Shown here: positions 1 to 12,624 of the stretch, piece by piece
How positions within the stretch are numbered: position 1 is the stretch's first letter
Layout of the letters: each line of letters starts with the position of its first letter
Origin: Eledone cirrhosa
Lineage: Eukaryota
Direction: 5' to 3'
NCBI GenBank assembly: GCA_964016885.1
Contig: OZ024742.1
Coordinates: 302,932,001 to 302,996,000 of the forward strand
Length of the DNA stretch: 64,000 nucleotides
Notes under the pieces: generated by a model
Database searches by the model: none
The model's input: only the letters and a program-made list of their open reading frames with translations
What the model was told of the DNA's origin: nothing
Position numbers and translations under genes: made by a program

Positions 1-28
1 TGTGATGATGTTATTATTTTCACAGTGA

Positions 29-135
29 TCCCGCCGAGGTTAACTTTGCCTTTCATCCTTACCGGGTTGATAAAATAAAGTACCAGTAATGCACTGGTTA
101 ATTGCTGGCCGTGTGCCAAACGTAGAAACAATTAT
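29..135 (+). mobile_element. 5'-truncated tRNA-derived SINE (same family as 1922-2112)
   Basis: CCCGCCGAGGTTAACTTTGCCTTTCATCCTT..GATAAAATAAAGTACCAG body and GGCCGTGTGCCAAACGTAGAAAC tail, repeated several times in the window. Confidence 0.8.
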
Positions 136-895
136 TTTCAGTGATCTTAGAGGAATAGGTTCAGGCAGGCTGTATACATCTTATACATCAGTTTCTGGCA
201 TGCAATAGGTTGGTAGTTTTTAGCGAACTGGGTGTCTTTGTTCTTGGGGACCAGTAATGTTTGTGCTAATGTCAACCATTCTGGTATAAGTGTATCTCCC
301 TTAAGAACTTGTTGGTAGAGGTCAGTAAGATACTTCCGGTAGAATATCAGTTTTTTGTATCAGTAGCCGACAATCATGTCTCTTCCTGGTGTTTTCTCAT
401 CTTGGAGTTTTCATATCCCAGTCTCAAGGGTACCCTCACTTATTTCGTATGTTTTTATTGTAGTGTAGGAACAATAGTTCTTTCGGATTTCTTTCAGCCA
501 CACTGAATCTTGGTTGAAATTCTTCCTTTAACCCTTTATTTTTCTCCAAAAGGAATCTATATCTCTCTGGGATGGCGCCTCAGTGACACTTATTATTTTG
601 TGCTTCAGACTGATGTTTGGTTTCGTCTGAATCTTTTATTAAGCACTTTTCTTTCATCTACCTTCTTCAGGTATCGGCCCTTTTCGCTGACAACTCTCAA
701 TTCTTGTTTGAGGGTGATCAGCATATATTGAAGAGTTCTGGTTCTACTGTTACCAAACACCATCTCGATTTTATTTTTCACTCTTTGTTGGTGAGGCGTG
801 AGGTTTTTTGGTGTTTGTTTGTTTGTAAGGAGCATTGTCACATATCCTATGGTTTTTCGTAGGTCAGCAATCTTTTTTCCTATTTTAGTTATATA
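136..895 (-). pseudogene. R4/Dong-type RLE non-LTR retrotransposon fragment (pre-RT and start of RT), degenerate
   Basis: Minus strand reads IPEWLTLAQTLLVPKNKDTQFAKNYQPIACQKLMYKMYTACLNLFL, homologous to MYKLYTGYLNLFLHDH of the element at 45939-46739; continues at 2356 after a Helitron. Confidence 0.75.
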
Positions 896-1434
896 CTAGC
901 AGAATGGCCCGGCGTTGCTCGGTATTTGCTGTAGGGTTCTTATATATTTGATATATATTTATCCATCTTGAGCCTCGTGAAGTAAATACGATTGTTTATA
1001 TTTTGTTATTGTGTATGCAAAAATATCTGTACACCAATATATAAATAACAGTACAGAGAAGTAAGGAACACCTCGGCCTCGGGTTGGTGTCTACATTTTG
1101 TGCTTATAAAAAAAATTCGTCGTACATTACCAGGGTTTTTTTCCGTTTGAAGAAAATCAATACTTTATCGCGAAATAAATACTTTTGTTTATATGTGTAT
1201 GCAAAAATATCTGAACACGAATATATAATAATATATATATAATATATACGATATTAAATAAATGGAAACTATATTTATAAAACCATATTTATTTCATTAT
1301 ATATATTTCAGGGATATCATATTAACAATATGTTATGCCTTCTTCAGACAGTTTTATATCAGTTATAAATATTTACTAGTTGTAACCCAACAATTTAAAT
1401 ATAACTTTCCATATATAATATATATATATATATT

Positions 1435-1556
1435 TATTAAAATAACAGATTAAAATTTAAGCACAGAATCGCTGCTTTCACCCTTAACGGGATCTTCTGA
1501 AACTAAAATAATATATCTGTGAACGCAGAAGTAAATATTTCGAAAAACGTTACACA

Positions 1557-1557
<1 letters not shown>
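1435..1557 (-). repeat. PLE terminal-repeat-like fragment (also at 10980-11098 and 17888-17935)
   Basis: Reverse complement of TTTCAGAAGATCCCGTTAAGGGTGAAAGC..TTAATCTGTTATTTTAAT at 11030-11098; sits in (TA)n. Confidence 0.5.
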
Positions 1558-1631
<74 letters not shown>

Positions 1632-1636
<5 letters not shown>

Positions 1637-1722
1637 CGGGTAAAATTCCCGAGGTCCATGGACGAGTTCTCTCCAGCGGTCTCTGTCCCTCATTATCGCT
1701 GGCATGTCCTGCATCTCAAACA
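1632..1722 (-). mobile_element. 3'-end fragment of the RTE-X LINE family
   Basis: Near-identical to 36631-36722 (TAAGGCGGGTAAAATTCCCGAG..TCCATGGACGAGTTCTCTCCAGCGG). Confidence 0.85.
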
Positions 1723-1800
1723 GAGGTTATATTTAATTTGTTGGGATATGTATAATAAAATAAATATGGTTTTATAAATATAGTTTCCATTTGTTAATAT

Positions 1801-1841
<41 letters not shown>

Positions 1842-1921
1842 TATATATACATATACACACACACACACACCACGTCATAATGACGTAATGCAGACAGCCA
1901 GGCATACAGACAGATATTATA

Positions 1922-2112
1922 AGGCGGTGGATTGGCAGTATCGGTAGAGGGTCGGACGCCATGCTTTGCAGCACAGTTACGTCCCTTTACGGACTGAGTT
2001 CAAATCCCGCCGAGGTTAACTTTGCCTTTCATCCTTACGGGGTCGATAAAATAAAGTACCAGTAATACACTGGAGTAATTGCTGGCCTTGTGCCAAATGT
2101 AGAAACAATTAT
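1922..2112 (+). mobile_element. Full-length tRNA-derived SINE
   Basis: A box-like TGGCAGTATCGG, B box GAGTTCAAATCC, conserved GCCTTTCATCCTTACGGGGTCGATAAAATAAAGTACC core (resembles the MetaSINE domain, from recall). Confidence 0.85.
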
Positions 2113-2355
2113 AAGGGCCAACGTTATATCTATGTATGTATCTAAAAAGAGAAAGACTAAGAATTATAGAGAGATCACTAAATCGCCTAATGCATCGCCT
2201 AGGGCATTGACAATTTGAAATTTCTTTTGCTCAAAACACTCACGGGTTCATAAGTACTACATGTGTAAAGTTTGTAAAAACTTGTGTGGGTGGTTCTCGA
2301 GGTTTCATGATTGGACAGACAGACAAACAGACATTCTCTGTTTTAGTAATATAGA

Positions 2356-3425
2356 TAATGGTATTTTTTGTGGTGTTTTGTTTTTGTTAATATCCCTGCT
2401 ATCATCAAGATAATGCTTCACTGTCGTTGCTAAGGCATATAAACAGGTGTTGATTTGCCAAAATGTTGGGATTTTATCCGTCGTAAATATTCATCCCCTA
2501 TTTCGTCAATAACACGTAATATTTCATTATTTGTTTTTTTTTTAATTAAATATTGTTGTTTTAATAGAGAAATGTTTATACATTAATTAATTTCTCTCTG
2601 GAAGATTTCGTTGAGGGAAAATTTCAATTGTTTATACTTTTGATTATCATCATTATCGATAGTATTTTCAACAACAGTCCAGCTAGACTCGGATGGTACA
2701 CGCGGTGTCAAATTTCTTCGATTATTGTTATCGATAGTGTTTTCCCCAACATTCGAAGTAGACTTAGATGGTACACGTGGTGTCAAATTTGCTACAGGCA
2801 TAGTTGTTTCAAGGCACTGTTCGACCTGGCTACTAGGAAGACTAGTAGCATGGTGAACTGTAGCACGTGTTGTTGATCCCATGTTTGTTGTGGTAGACTT
2901 ACAATTAATAATATTTATCCTATTTTTACGTTCAACAAACGTCGTTTGTTGGCGTAATTGTTTCACTGTGAAGTGATTTGAATCTGAGTGTATTTCGTCC
3001 CAGTGTAGCTTCATTCTATTCATATAGCCAATGGAGGGATTGTTTTTTGCTATTTTATAACAATTAAATAAATCACTATTAAGTTCGCAACTCTAAGAGA
3101 AATGCGATTCATAATTTCGGTTTCTTCTGTAGCTACAACTGAATAAATGTTGTTTACCTTTCTCGTTTTTCTTCGGTATTCCACTAACGTTGTTGTTGTT
3201 GATGTTGTGTTCAGCCATGCTGTTTGTAGCAAATCCTTGTAAAATGAATTATGTATTTAGTCGGATATCTCTACAAATTAGAATAAAAGGTGTCTTCGGT
3301 GGATATAGTTAGAAGAATAACCAGTTATTCAAAATGACTGGTAGCTGTGGCATTACTGTCGGAGATAGTATTCATCTTAAATTTAATGAATAGTCTCCCA
3401 CACCAAAATATGCGACTGATCGCGT
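2356..3425 (-). pseudogene. 5' part of the R4/Dong-type element (N-terminal region), degenerate
   Basis: ORF 2583-3023 MNRMKLHWDEIH..FTVKQLRQQ resembles the R4/Dong N-terminal motif; internal ~75-bp duplication (NLTPRVPS twice); ends at a (TGTA)-type repeat. Confidence 0.6.
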
Positions 3426-3510
3426 TGACTGACTGTGTATATGTGTTGACTGACTGTGTGTATGTGTTGACTGACTGTGTGTATGTATGTATGCATGTAT
3501 GTATGCATGT

Positions 3511-4110
3511 ATTGGTGCTACTGGTAACATGTATCCCAGTACAACCTGTCTCATGGTCGTGTCGTTGGCGACTGAACTGGAAACCCCACCAAGGTTTCTT
3601 GGCGAGGAGGGTGACTTTGGACATCCTGCAGGACTAAAGACAAAACCTGTCAAAGGGCAAATGAGCTCTTAAGAGTCAATGGCCATCCAAAATCACCGGT
3701 TGAGTTGACCCCTTAGCCTTTGTCAAGGCAGAATTCTAGGAGAAGGAAAACTCTGATATAACACCTGCAACCCTGATGGTATCCAATGATGTTGACTTGT
3801 TCTTCTTTTTGGTAAATATCATCTTGTTTAAGAGAGTGGGACTGGCTTTGTGCAGTGACTTTGCTCACTATAAGAGCCTCACGGCACAGGCATTGCTTTA
3901 TATCTGGAGATCTCTCTGCACTTGTCGTCACATGGTACCATGGGCCCAGCACTATGTGTCAATAATTGTCACCAGTGTAGTGTTTGTACCAGAGTTTTCA
4001 AGTTGCTGGCTGGACTAAAAATCACACTCGTTCAGCGCATCGGTAGGGGTTCTCCTACATGGATATAAAGTAATGGCCGTACTCGAAAACGAGTTATCAG
4101 CCACCATGTA
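3511..4110 (+). mobile_element. Non-autonomous RTE-derived element (RTE 5' UTR joined to RTE 3' end)
   Basis: RTE 5'-UTR motif CTAGGAGAAGGAAAACTCTGAT; 3' stem-loop GGCCGTACTCGAAAACGAG..GCCACC then ATGTA; copies at 43803, 47560 and 48244. Confidence 0.7.
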
Positions 4111-4143
4111 TTATGTTCTTCTGGTTTCCTTATTTAAAACGAA

Positions 4144-4178
<35 letters not shown>

Positions 4179-5185
4179 GAGAGAGAGAGCCTGTTTCTAA
4201 CATAGACACCAGACTCTTTCATTTTGATTTAGACAATACCAACTAGGTGTGTGTGTATGTCTGTGAAGGTGTGGATGTTATTGTATTTATAGATCTACAT
4301 ATTGTGAGTTATACATTGTGAGTTATATATTGTGAGTTATACATGTTTCTATATCTATACGTGTTATAATCATAGATTCAGTTATTTCATACTAAATTTC
4401 TGAAATGTTTTACATATTTCTAAAGTCTGTAGTTACTGTAGTTGCAACTTCCTAACTAGTTGAGCTATTTCTGGTTATGTGAAGCTCAGCTTCTCAAATT
4501 TGTACTGAGGCAGCTTGTAACATATCCAAAAAACCCAATTATTACAGGTGCAAATCTAAATCTATAGTCAGTGTGGAGTATCCGCAGATTCCACATTAGT
4601 TTGGCATAAATATTGTCCTTTTCTGTTAATATCTGCTGGGCAGCTCATTTCTAATAATATGCATGTCTTCTTTTCTCTGTTCCACATGCTTATTTCTTGC
4701 CTGTTATGTTTAGATTTTACTGTGATATCCTCCAGTAATCTTTCATATTACGCGTGAATGTGCTATAACCTTTTATATATTTATTTTCAAGATTATCCTT
4801 TCTACGTATTGCATTGTATAATGTTTTGGCCGTTACATCAAGCTACATAGATAGATAATTGTTTCTACTTTTGGCACAAGGCCAGCAATTATTCCAGCAC
4901 TTTATTTTATCGACCCCGTAAGGATGAATGGCAAAGCTAACCTCGGCAGAATTTGAACTCATAACGTAAAGGGCCATAACTCTATGCTGAAAAGCATAAT
5001 ACCGTAATAACATCATGGAAGAGTTGTTTAGGATGTGGGTGATGTTCCACAGAGTCTACCTTTGTTGTCGCATGTAGGTGATTTGCTTGCCTCTCTGTCT
5101 CTTTTGTACATCAGATATTTCTTTGGTATTTCCTGTTCCTGGATTGCAAAAGCGCATCCTTTAATGTGAGAGCTAAAATAATCAT
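4111..5185 (-). pseudogene. 3' fragment of a second R4/Dong-type element (zinc knuckle/RLE remnant plus 3' UTR), interrupted by a SINE
   Basis: Minus strand FAIQEQEIPKKYLMYKR..CDNKGRLC and EMSCPADIN match YAIQEQELPNKYL..DNKCRLC and EISCPLDVN at 45 kb; 3' UTR recurs at 44274-44580. Confidence 0.7.
4856..5010 (-). mobile_element. tRNA-derived SINE (partial)
   Basis: Reverse complement of the 1922-2112 family (TTTATCGACCCCGTAAGGATGAA..GAATTTGAACTC). Confidence 0.8.
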
Positions 5186-5282
5186 TCTTCTTCTTCTTCT
5201 TCTTCTTCTTCTTCTTCTTCTTCTTCTTCTTCTTCTTCTTCTTCTTCTTCTTCTTCTTCTTCTTCTTCTTCTTCTTCTTCTC
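5186..5282. repeat. (CTT)n microsatellite
   Basis: Perfect trinucleotide run. Confidence 0.95.
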
Positions 5283-5844
5283 ATCAACAGCAGCATCATT
5301 CGCATTGCATTAATCTATTTGATTGTTGCTTTTATTTACCAAAAAATGTATATTTTACACTTCGTTAATCATACATCCTCATTTTGTTGTAGTTATTATT
5401 GATGATGATGAGGAGGGTGATGGGGATGATAATGAAGTTGGGGATGTTGATGGCGAGGATAATGTTGGAGATGTGGGTTATAATGATAAAGATGATGATG
5501 ATGATGATAATGTATATCAACAAGAGAATATCAATGACAAATGAAAGATAAAAATTCCAAGAATCAGAGTTAACAAACTTAATTGACTAACACAAAACAA
5601 AAGTTAGTTTTATGAAGGCTTTAAAAACTATAGAATGAGAGGTGGGCGAGAAGTAAGAGAGAGAGAGAGATAGTGATAGAGTGTGAGTGAGTGAGAGGGA
5701 GAGAGAGAGAGAGGGAGTGGGGTACTGAGAAGAAGTGAGAGAGAGTAGATAGATGGAGAGAAGAGAGAGAGAGTGATAGAGTGTGAGTGAGTGAGAGGCT
5801 GAGAGAGACTGGGGTACTGAGAAGAAGTGAGAGAGAGTAGATAG

Positions 5845-5893
<49 letters not shown>

Positions 5894-6479
5894 AACAAAA
5901 GTTAATGAGAAAGGTATATAGATAGATAAATAGAAAAAGAGATAGAGAGAAAAAGAGTGAAAGAGGAGGAGGAAGTGAGGGAAATAAATGAGAAAGATAG
6001 ATAGATAGAGAGAAAGAGAGGGAGAGGAGGAGAGAGGGAGAGAAGGAAGTGAGGGAAATACAATTACAGAGATTATGGCTCAGAAAAAATGCATATTATG
6101 TTAATGCTTAATACGAAATGAGGAATTCGAAAATGATTAATGCTATTTGACGACTAGATACTAGATAATGAAATAATATGAAAATATCACTTAAGTAACA
6201 TGATAAGACATGCATAATTTTGATGAAATATATGCAAGTGAAATAGCATAATTTCACATGATTAGAAATCAACCACAGTAAGCAGAAGCTAACAGAAATT
6301 TACAACAATACTATCAATATATGGAGGTGCAAAATATGTTTTGACATTTCAGAACGTGGGAGTATATATAATCGTATGTGTATGCATGTATGCGCGCCTG
6401 TGTATTTCTGTGTGCGAGCATGCATGTGTCTATGTGGTGTTGCGTGGGTAACATTGGGGGAGGCACTTTAGAAATTGAG

Positions 6480-6680
6480 GACACAAACCTTGGCATTGGA
6501 GACTTCACGTGTCCTTGGCCCTAGGGCTACCTCCCTACTCACTACAATTGGCGCTGAGCTGGCCAGGCGCAGGTATGAGCTTCGCGACATGGAATGGCTC
6601 TTCAAACGCATCTCCCTTACCATCCTCAGGGGAAACGCCTTCTCCATTCTGTCCGCCGGGTCTGTGGGGAGGCCAGCACA
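6480..6680 (+). pseudogene. C-terminal RLE fragment of a CRE-like non-LTR retrotransposon
   Basis: ALETSRVLGPRA..IGAELARRRYELRDMEWLFKRISLTILRGNAFSIL fits the AxETxGxxG...QRISxAIQRGNA C-terminus of CRE-clade elements. Confidence 0.6.
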
Positions 6681-7289
6681 TGGCACCCCATTTGCTAACC
6701 ATACAGAGAGATGGGGAGGGCGAGAGAGATGGAGGCGATGACATTGGGAGTTCGGCTCATCACGTTAGGACCATATCCTTGTGGTTGTATTTATTATCTA
6801 TATAGAAAATTATTTATTTCTAGTCCGTCAGATACAAAGTAGGAGACAACATACGTAATTCACCGTTCTCCAACATCTCAACGTTCCTCTCTATACGTTG
6901 ATTAGAGTGACAGTTAGGTAGATCAAATCTTTGACAGTCAGTCTACTTTGTTTTTGGTAATGTTGCATCTATAAAAGATGTATCACAGACGACCATCGAA
7001 AAAATTGCTCCACTGGTCGGAATTTTGGCTTTGACCATTTGCAGAGAATTAGACAATCATCTTTAGAAATATGAGAAATAACTAAAATATATTTTTGATT
7101 TTTTAAAGGGATATATGTATGCTTAATACACAATGTAACTTCTTCAGTTTAAACAAAGAGTTTCAGATCAAGTCATTTGACAAACAATTAAAACTCTGAG
7201 ATTATATATACAGTGATAGAGAGAGGGAGAGAGAGATAGAGAGATATATATATATAGAGAGAGAATGTACGAAGCCAAATTTTCGGTTT

Positions 7290-7619
7290 TTGAAGTGCTG
7301 AGAATATATTCCCCCCTCTCTCTCCCCTTCCTTCGCCCCTCTCTCGTCCCATCCACCCTTCACGCACCACAACACCCGTGCCCTTCCCGATCCCTACACC
7401 CCTCTCACATTTTTATAACTTTTATTTTAACTTTTATTTTCCCCTTCATATTTTATTTGTATCTCTTTTTTCTCGCTAACCTCCTTCTCGGAGTTCCTCC
7501 CATCCATTCTCCTGATGAAGGACTTATGCCTGAAACGTCGCACCCCGCCACTCTCACTAAGCGTGAAACTAATACTATTTGTAACATTTATTCCTGCGTT
7601 GTCTGTTTTTTGTATTCCG

Positions 7620-7622
<3 letters not shown>
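7290..7622 (+). mobile_element. PLE terminal repeat remnant with a hammerhead core
   Basis: CTGATGA-AGG-acttatg-CCT-GAAACGTC at 7512-7539 (stem I poorly paired); its 3' end recurs inverted at 11117-11160. Confidence 0.55.
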
Positions 7623-7680
<58 letters not shown>

Positions 7681-7682
<2 letters not shown>

Positions 7683-7846
7683 AACGAAGAGGACCCCGAC
7701 TAAATCTTTAGTCCAGAATTAGCCGTCGAAACGGCTTGAGCTCAGCCGTCGGGGTCCTACTCGTTCCTATTACCCACTCTACTACTCTGAGTATTGAATA
7801 CTTTGGTGCGTTATGGTTCATCTAGTTCCTTACCACACTTCCTTCG

Positions 7847-7848
<2 letters not shown>
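7681..7848 (+). repeat. Fold-back repeat carrying the 3' half of a hammerhead
   Basis: GCCGTC-GAAACGGC-ttgagctca-GCCGTC-GGGGTC preceded by an inverted copy of its own end; relatives at 49436-49643, 57485-57665 and 61801-61998. Confidence 0.6.
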
Positions 7849-7931
<83 letters not shown>

Positions 7932-8006
7932 TATATATATATGAATAAAGTGGTCCTTCATCAGTGATCTTCCAACCATCATCGGTATTTCTTCGCTTTA
8001 AAGACC

Positions 8007-8041
<35 letters not shown>

Positions 8042-8050
8042 GTTTAGAAT

Positions 8051-8144
<94 letters not shown>

Positions 8145-8146
<2 letters not shown>

Positions 8147-10800
8147 CGTTTCTGAATTTGTTTAGCAAGATTCTTTATCTGAAAACGTGTGTTGAAACCG
8201 ATTTTGTTATACTTTGGGAGGGTCATGTTGCCAGTAAGAAACACACGCACCAGTTGCTTTCACTTCAATTTATTATAATAAATTTATAAATTTAGGAATT
8301 TATAATTTCCGGTTGGTTCGTTGGTTCCACAACTAGATGGTTGTTTATATATTGTCAAAGTTCTTTCGTCACTCATTCTGTGACCTCTTCAGTGACTGGG
8401 GGATTCTTTTCTTTGTTTTTGTGCCTCTCCTTTGTTCTGTCCTACGCCATCCTGTTTCTGTGTGTGTGTTGTGTGCTCAGTCTGCGCATGCGCCACATCC
8501 GGGTGTCTGTGTGTGTTTATATTCGTTTATTTATTTGTTTATTTACATGTTACAGGTTGGTTGTTTGTTCTATGTGCGTGTGTGTTTTCATTTTGTCCTT
8601 AATTGTAAGTTGTGATGTTGCTGTTCCACTCATGTTTTCTATTTAATTTTGGTTGTAATTCTTTTATGTTTATTGCCTCTGTGATTTGTCTAAACATTGC
8701 GTCTTTTCTGTGTGTAGATTCTATTTTTATTTCTATGTTCTCTAATTTACCCTTATGTTCTATTTTAGTATGTTGGTAGAGTATAGATGATTCTTTACTA
8801 TCTTGAAGGTCTCGCCAGTGTTCATTTATCCGTTCCCCTACACTACGAGCTGTCTCACCTATATACACTATATTTTTGTCTCTACATTGTCCTTCAGTAC
8901 ATCTTATGCTATATACTACATTTCTAGTTTTACAGTTAATATGGGGGCTTAATTTACAGGTTATACATTTCTTATCTATACAGGGGGGTCTTTGAAAAGG
9001 GTATGTCTTGCTAATAAGTGTTTTTATGGAGGTACCTGGTCTTTCTGCTATCTTAATATTGAGTTTATGTTTATCTAGGGCCCTTCTAAATTTGTAAGCT
9101 AATTCACCTCTAGGGGTTGTATCGATGAACATTACACTCTGGTATTTATTGCTATCATACCATGAGTTTATTCTATTAGCCTTATTCTATTAGCCTTCTA
9201 TTCCAAAATTTGCTCCTATACAAGGGGCAGGTCCCATTTGTGTCATTATTTACCATTTTTCCCATTTGGTTCTGGCTCCTCTATACACTCTAATTTTATC
9301 TCTCTGATTGTAACCAGAGAACTGCATACGGTGGATGAAGTGTTGTATGTGTATCTCTAGTTCTTCGGGGTTGCACATGCGGGACACGTTTCTCATCACC
9401 CGTACCAAATCCGCAATCAGTATGTTGATTTTGGTATGGTCAGATATTTGGAAGTCATGGGTTTGGCATAATGGGAATGGAGGATTTGTTTTTTGTTATT
9501 AATGGTATCTATCCAGAGATCTGTGTCTAGTAATGGTAATCGATGGTTGGGGTGTTTGCTTGGGTAGTCTATAGTAACTCTAATACTCTGATGGATGGAG
9601 TTAGCTATTTGCTGAATGCTTTCCATTGTGTTTTTCTCTAATTCCTGACTGTTCTCTAGTGGGTGTTTTAACTACGATGTTTATATCATCAACGTAGCGG
9701 GAGTACATTATCAGGGTTAAGGGGTCTTTTAATTGTTCTTTAAGTTTAAGTTTAAGTCTACTGTCCCACCATACCATGAATAAGTTAGATATGTCGCCTG
9801 CAATGCTAACACCAATGGGTGCTCCCTCCTCTTGGGCATATGTTTTTCCATTAAATTTGAACATATGTTCCTTAAGGGTTAATTTTATGCTGGCCCCCCA
9901 TGCATGTGCAATCATTTTCTTTAGTTCATCGTGGTTTTCGGGGGTCCGTATGGCTCTGGTCCACCCGTTCCATCTATCTGTGTGGCGTTTCTTGGCCATT
10001 GAGGTAATGGTAGGTGGTCTGCCTCTTGCTGGTCTTGTAGGGCACAGGTTTCTAAGGTCATATGTGTCTACATAATTATTACTATAGGTAAGTTTAAGTA
10101 GGAGTCCAGCTCACTGGTATCAATCCCACGGAACACAACATTGCTCTCACTGATCATTTCTACGCATTTCTCCACAGCAAAATCCACGTCAATAGATGGA
10201 TACAGGGACACAACATCCATACTACCTATTATGCAGTTTGTTAGGTCCCTAGATCGGTTACTCTCGTCGATTCTGCTGAGGAGGTCCTCCGTGCTGTCAC
10301 ATACATCTGGGGACATTTCAATGATGGGGCGTATGATCAGGGAGAGGAAATAGGACAGTCCGTAGTTACTAGCAATGTTAGCTCCACATACTGGCCGTTT
10401 TGGTGGTCCCGTGACAGAGTCACTGCCCGTTTTATGGTCTTTTCGAAGCCCATACAACGCTGGCACGTCATTGTTCCAGGCCTGGAAGTTGTTGGCAGTC
10501 CTTTTGTTGGGCTGCATTATATTTGTCCACATCACCATATGGGCATTGAGGGCTTTTCTCTATCCTCATGCTCTTGTGGTGTTACTTCTGTTGTGTTAGT
10601 GATAATGTACTCCCGCTACGTTGATGATATAAACATCGTAGTTAAAACACCCCCACTAGAGAACAGTCAGGAATTAGAGAAAAACACAATGGAAAGCATC
10701 CAGCAAATAGCTAACTCCATCCACCAGAGTATTAGAGTTACTATAGACTACCAAAGCAAACTCCCCAACCATCGATTACCTGTACTAGACACAGAGCTCT
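8145..10800 (-). mobile_element. Penelope-like element, probably Naiad clade, 5'-truncated and frameshifted
   Basis: RT motifs GSMDVVSLYPSI, GAPIGVSIAG, SRYVDD; GIY-YIG NVVYSIRC..C..VYIGETARSVGERINEH..HTKIEH with CCHH-like residues; terminal repeat 8145-8600; 10600-10800 is an inverted copy of 9514-9712. Confidence 0.85.
8354..8396 (-). ncRNA. Type I hammerhead ribozyme motif in the PLE terminal repeat
   Basis: GTCA-CTGAAGA-G-GTCAC-agaatga-GTGAC-GAAAG-aa-CTT-TGAC. Confidence 0.7.
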
Positions 10801-11098
10801 AGTTAAGATATCATTAATAACCAAAAACCACGTTATACCCTAACGGATAGTACGATCTATACGTGGATATTTTACGTCTTGATGTTGGAGCTAAGTATAT
10901 GTTTTATTTATACCTTTACTTATTCGTATAGCGAACGTTTCCACGAACCAAAGTATCGTCTTCCTGTCTTCCTCCGGTTGCAACGTTTTTTTAAATATCC
11001 AGTTCTGCGTTTACAGATTGACTTTGTTAGTTTCAGAAGATCCCGTTAAGGGTGAAAGCGGCGAATCTTTGCTTAAACTTTAATCTGTTATTTTAATA
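10801..11098 (+). repeat. PLE terminal-repeat-like sequence
   Basis: Three related copies in the window, each ending at (TA)n; hammerhead-like but non-canonical CAGAAGA..GAAA. Confidence 0.45.
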
Positions 11099-11721
11099 AA
11101 TATATATATATATATAGTTCGGAATACAAAAAACAGAATACGTAGGAATAAATGTTACATAAATAAATAAATGTTACATATATGTTACAATATTTGCTTC
11201 CATCACGGAATCATGGATCAACTAAGCACTCTTGCTATATTAACACATTTTGATCTGCTTAACTTCAATGACTTTGCTTGTAAATAACATTATTTTTTCT
11301 TCCACGTTGACTTTTTATGTTCTACACTATGCACGTTTTTTTCCTTTTTCTTTTTTCGTTTCACTTCTTAAACCTTGTTTGTATATAACATTATTCTTTC
11401 TGCACCTTCTGTTTAACATGTGTGACACCACACTAATACATTTCACTATCATTTGATAATGCATAAAAATGCTGAAACCGGTAATAGACAATAATTAAAT
11501 ATATAAATAGATAAATAAATGCCATTGTTAAATAATAAATAAATCAACCAATACCTTAACACTTCACACAAAGTAAAACATTTCGTTTTAATCATTTTCT
11601 AACCCAGAAAAAAGAGAGAGAAACAAAAAAGGAAAAAAATATATTTTTCTTCCTAATAATCGTCTCTTTCTCCCTGTTTTCATATATATATATATATCTA
11701 TATATATATATATATATTTAC

Positions 11722-11798
<77 letters not shown>

Positions 11799-11901
11799 TA
11801 CATATATATATATATAATCGTCTCTTTCTCCCTGTTTTCATATATATATATCTATATAACTATATATTTATATATACATATGTATATATATATATAAATA
11901 A

Positions 11902-11951
<50 letters not shown>

Positions 11952-12043
11952 GTATGTAATAAAGTTTAAAAAGTGTTTATTTTACATTTTTCTGTAAGTA
12001 CTGTAGAAATCACCTACAAACAGTGCCCACATTAACAACAAAA

Positions 12044-12077
<34 letters not shown>

Positions 12078-12091
12078 ATGTTAATAATAAT

Positions 12092-12310
12092 TATTTCTAG
12101 TATAGGCACAAAGCCAGTAATTGGGTGGAGGGGAAAGTCAATTAAATCGACCCCAGTACGTTACTGGTGCTTTATTTTATCGACCCCGTAAGGATGGAAG
12201 GCAAAGTTAACCTTTGCGGGATTTGAACTCAGACCGTAAAGGGCCGTAACACTATACTGTAAAGAATGGTGTCCGACTTTCTAGCGATACTGCCAATCCA
12301 CCCCCGTCAG
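12092..12310 (-). mobile_element. tRNA-derived SINE
   Basis: Reverse complement of the 1922-2112 family, including the head (GATACTGCCAATCCAC). Confidence 0.85.
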
Positions 12311-12327
12311 AATAATAATAATAATAA

Positions 12328-12530
12328 TAGTTTCTTATATAGGCACAAGGCTAGCAATTTTTGGGGAGGGGAAAGTCGATTAAATCGACCCCAGTGCGTG
12401 ACTGGTACTTTATTTTATTTGACTCCGTAAGGATGAAAGGCAAAACTAACCTCGGTGGGATTTGAACTCAGAATGTAAAAAGCCGGAACAAATTCCACAA
12501 TGCATTTTACCCAACACTTTAACGATTCTG
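12328..12530 (-). mobile_element. tRNA-derived SINE
   Basis: Same family; GGATTTGAACTC B box on the minus strand. Confidence 0.8.
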
Positions 12531-12624
12531 GAAATAAAGAAAGGGGAATCAGAAAAGAGGGACAAGCATAACAAACAATAAGAAAAGCAATGATGATAGA
12601 GTGTTAACGGTGTTTCTGATGCTA

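Larger units (their letters stand above)
896..2355 (-). mobile_element. Non-autonomous Helitron with nested insertions
   Basis: Minus strand starts A|TCTATATTACTAAAACAGAGAATGTCTGTTTGTCTGTC and ends CCGAGCAACGCCGGGCCATTCTGCTAG|T (5' TC, 3' hairpin plus CTAG, A|T target); splits the R4/Dong element. Confidence 0.75.

Noticed and set aside
1922-2010. SINE heads as true tRNA genes
   Set aside because: No full cloverleaf; followed by SINE body and tail
6830-7160. Minus-strand peptide FDLPNCHSNQRIERNV, possibly a DNA transposase remnant
   Set aside because: Too short and interrupted to assign
7940-8008. CTGATGA motifs at 7958 (-), 50317 (+), 50416 (-) and 55434 (-)
   Set aside because: No properly placed GAAA and cleavage triplet downstream
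11030-11070. CAGAAGA-TCCC..GGGT-GAAAGC as a hammerhead
   Set aside because: Core reads CAGA in both copies and stems I and III do not pair convincingly
11446-11487. TTGATAA-TGCA..TGCT-GAAACCGGTA
   Set aside because: Probably a decayed PLE hammerhead, but two core mutations prevent a call
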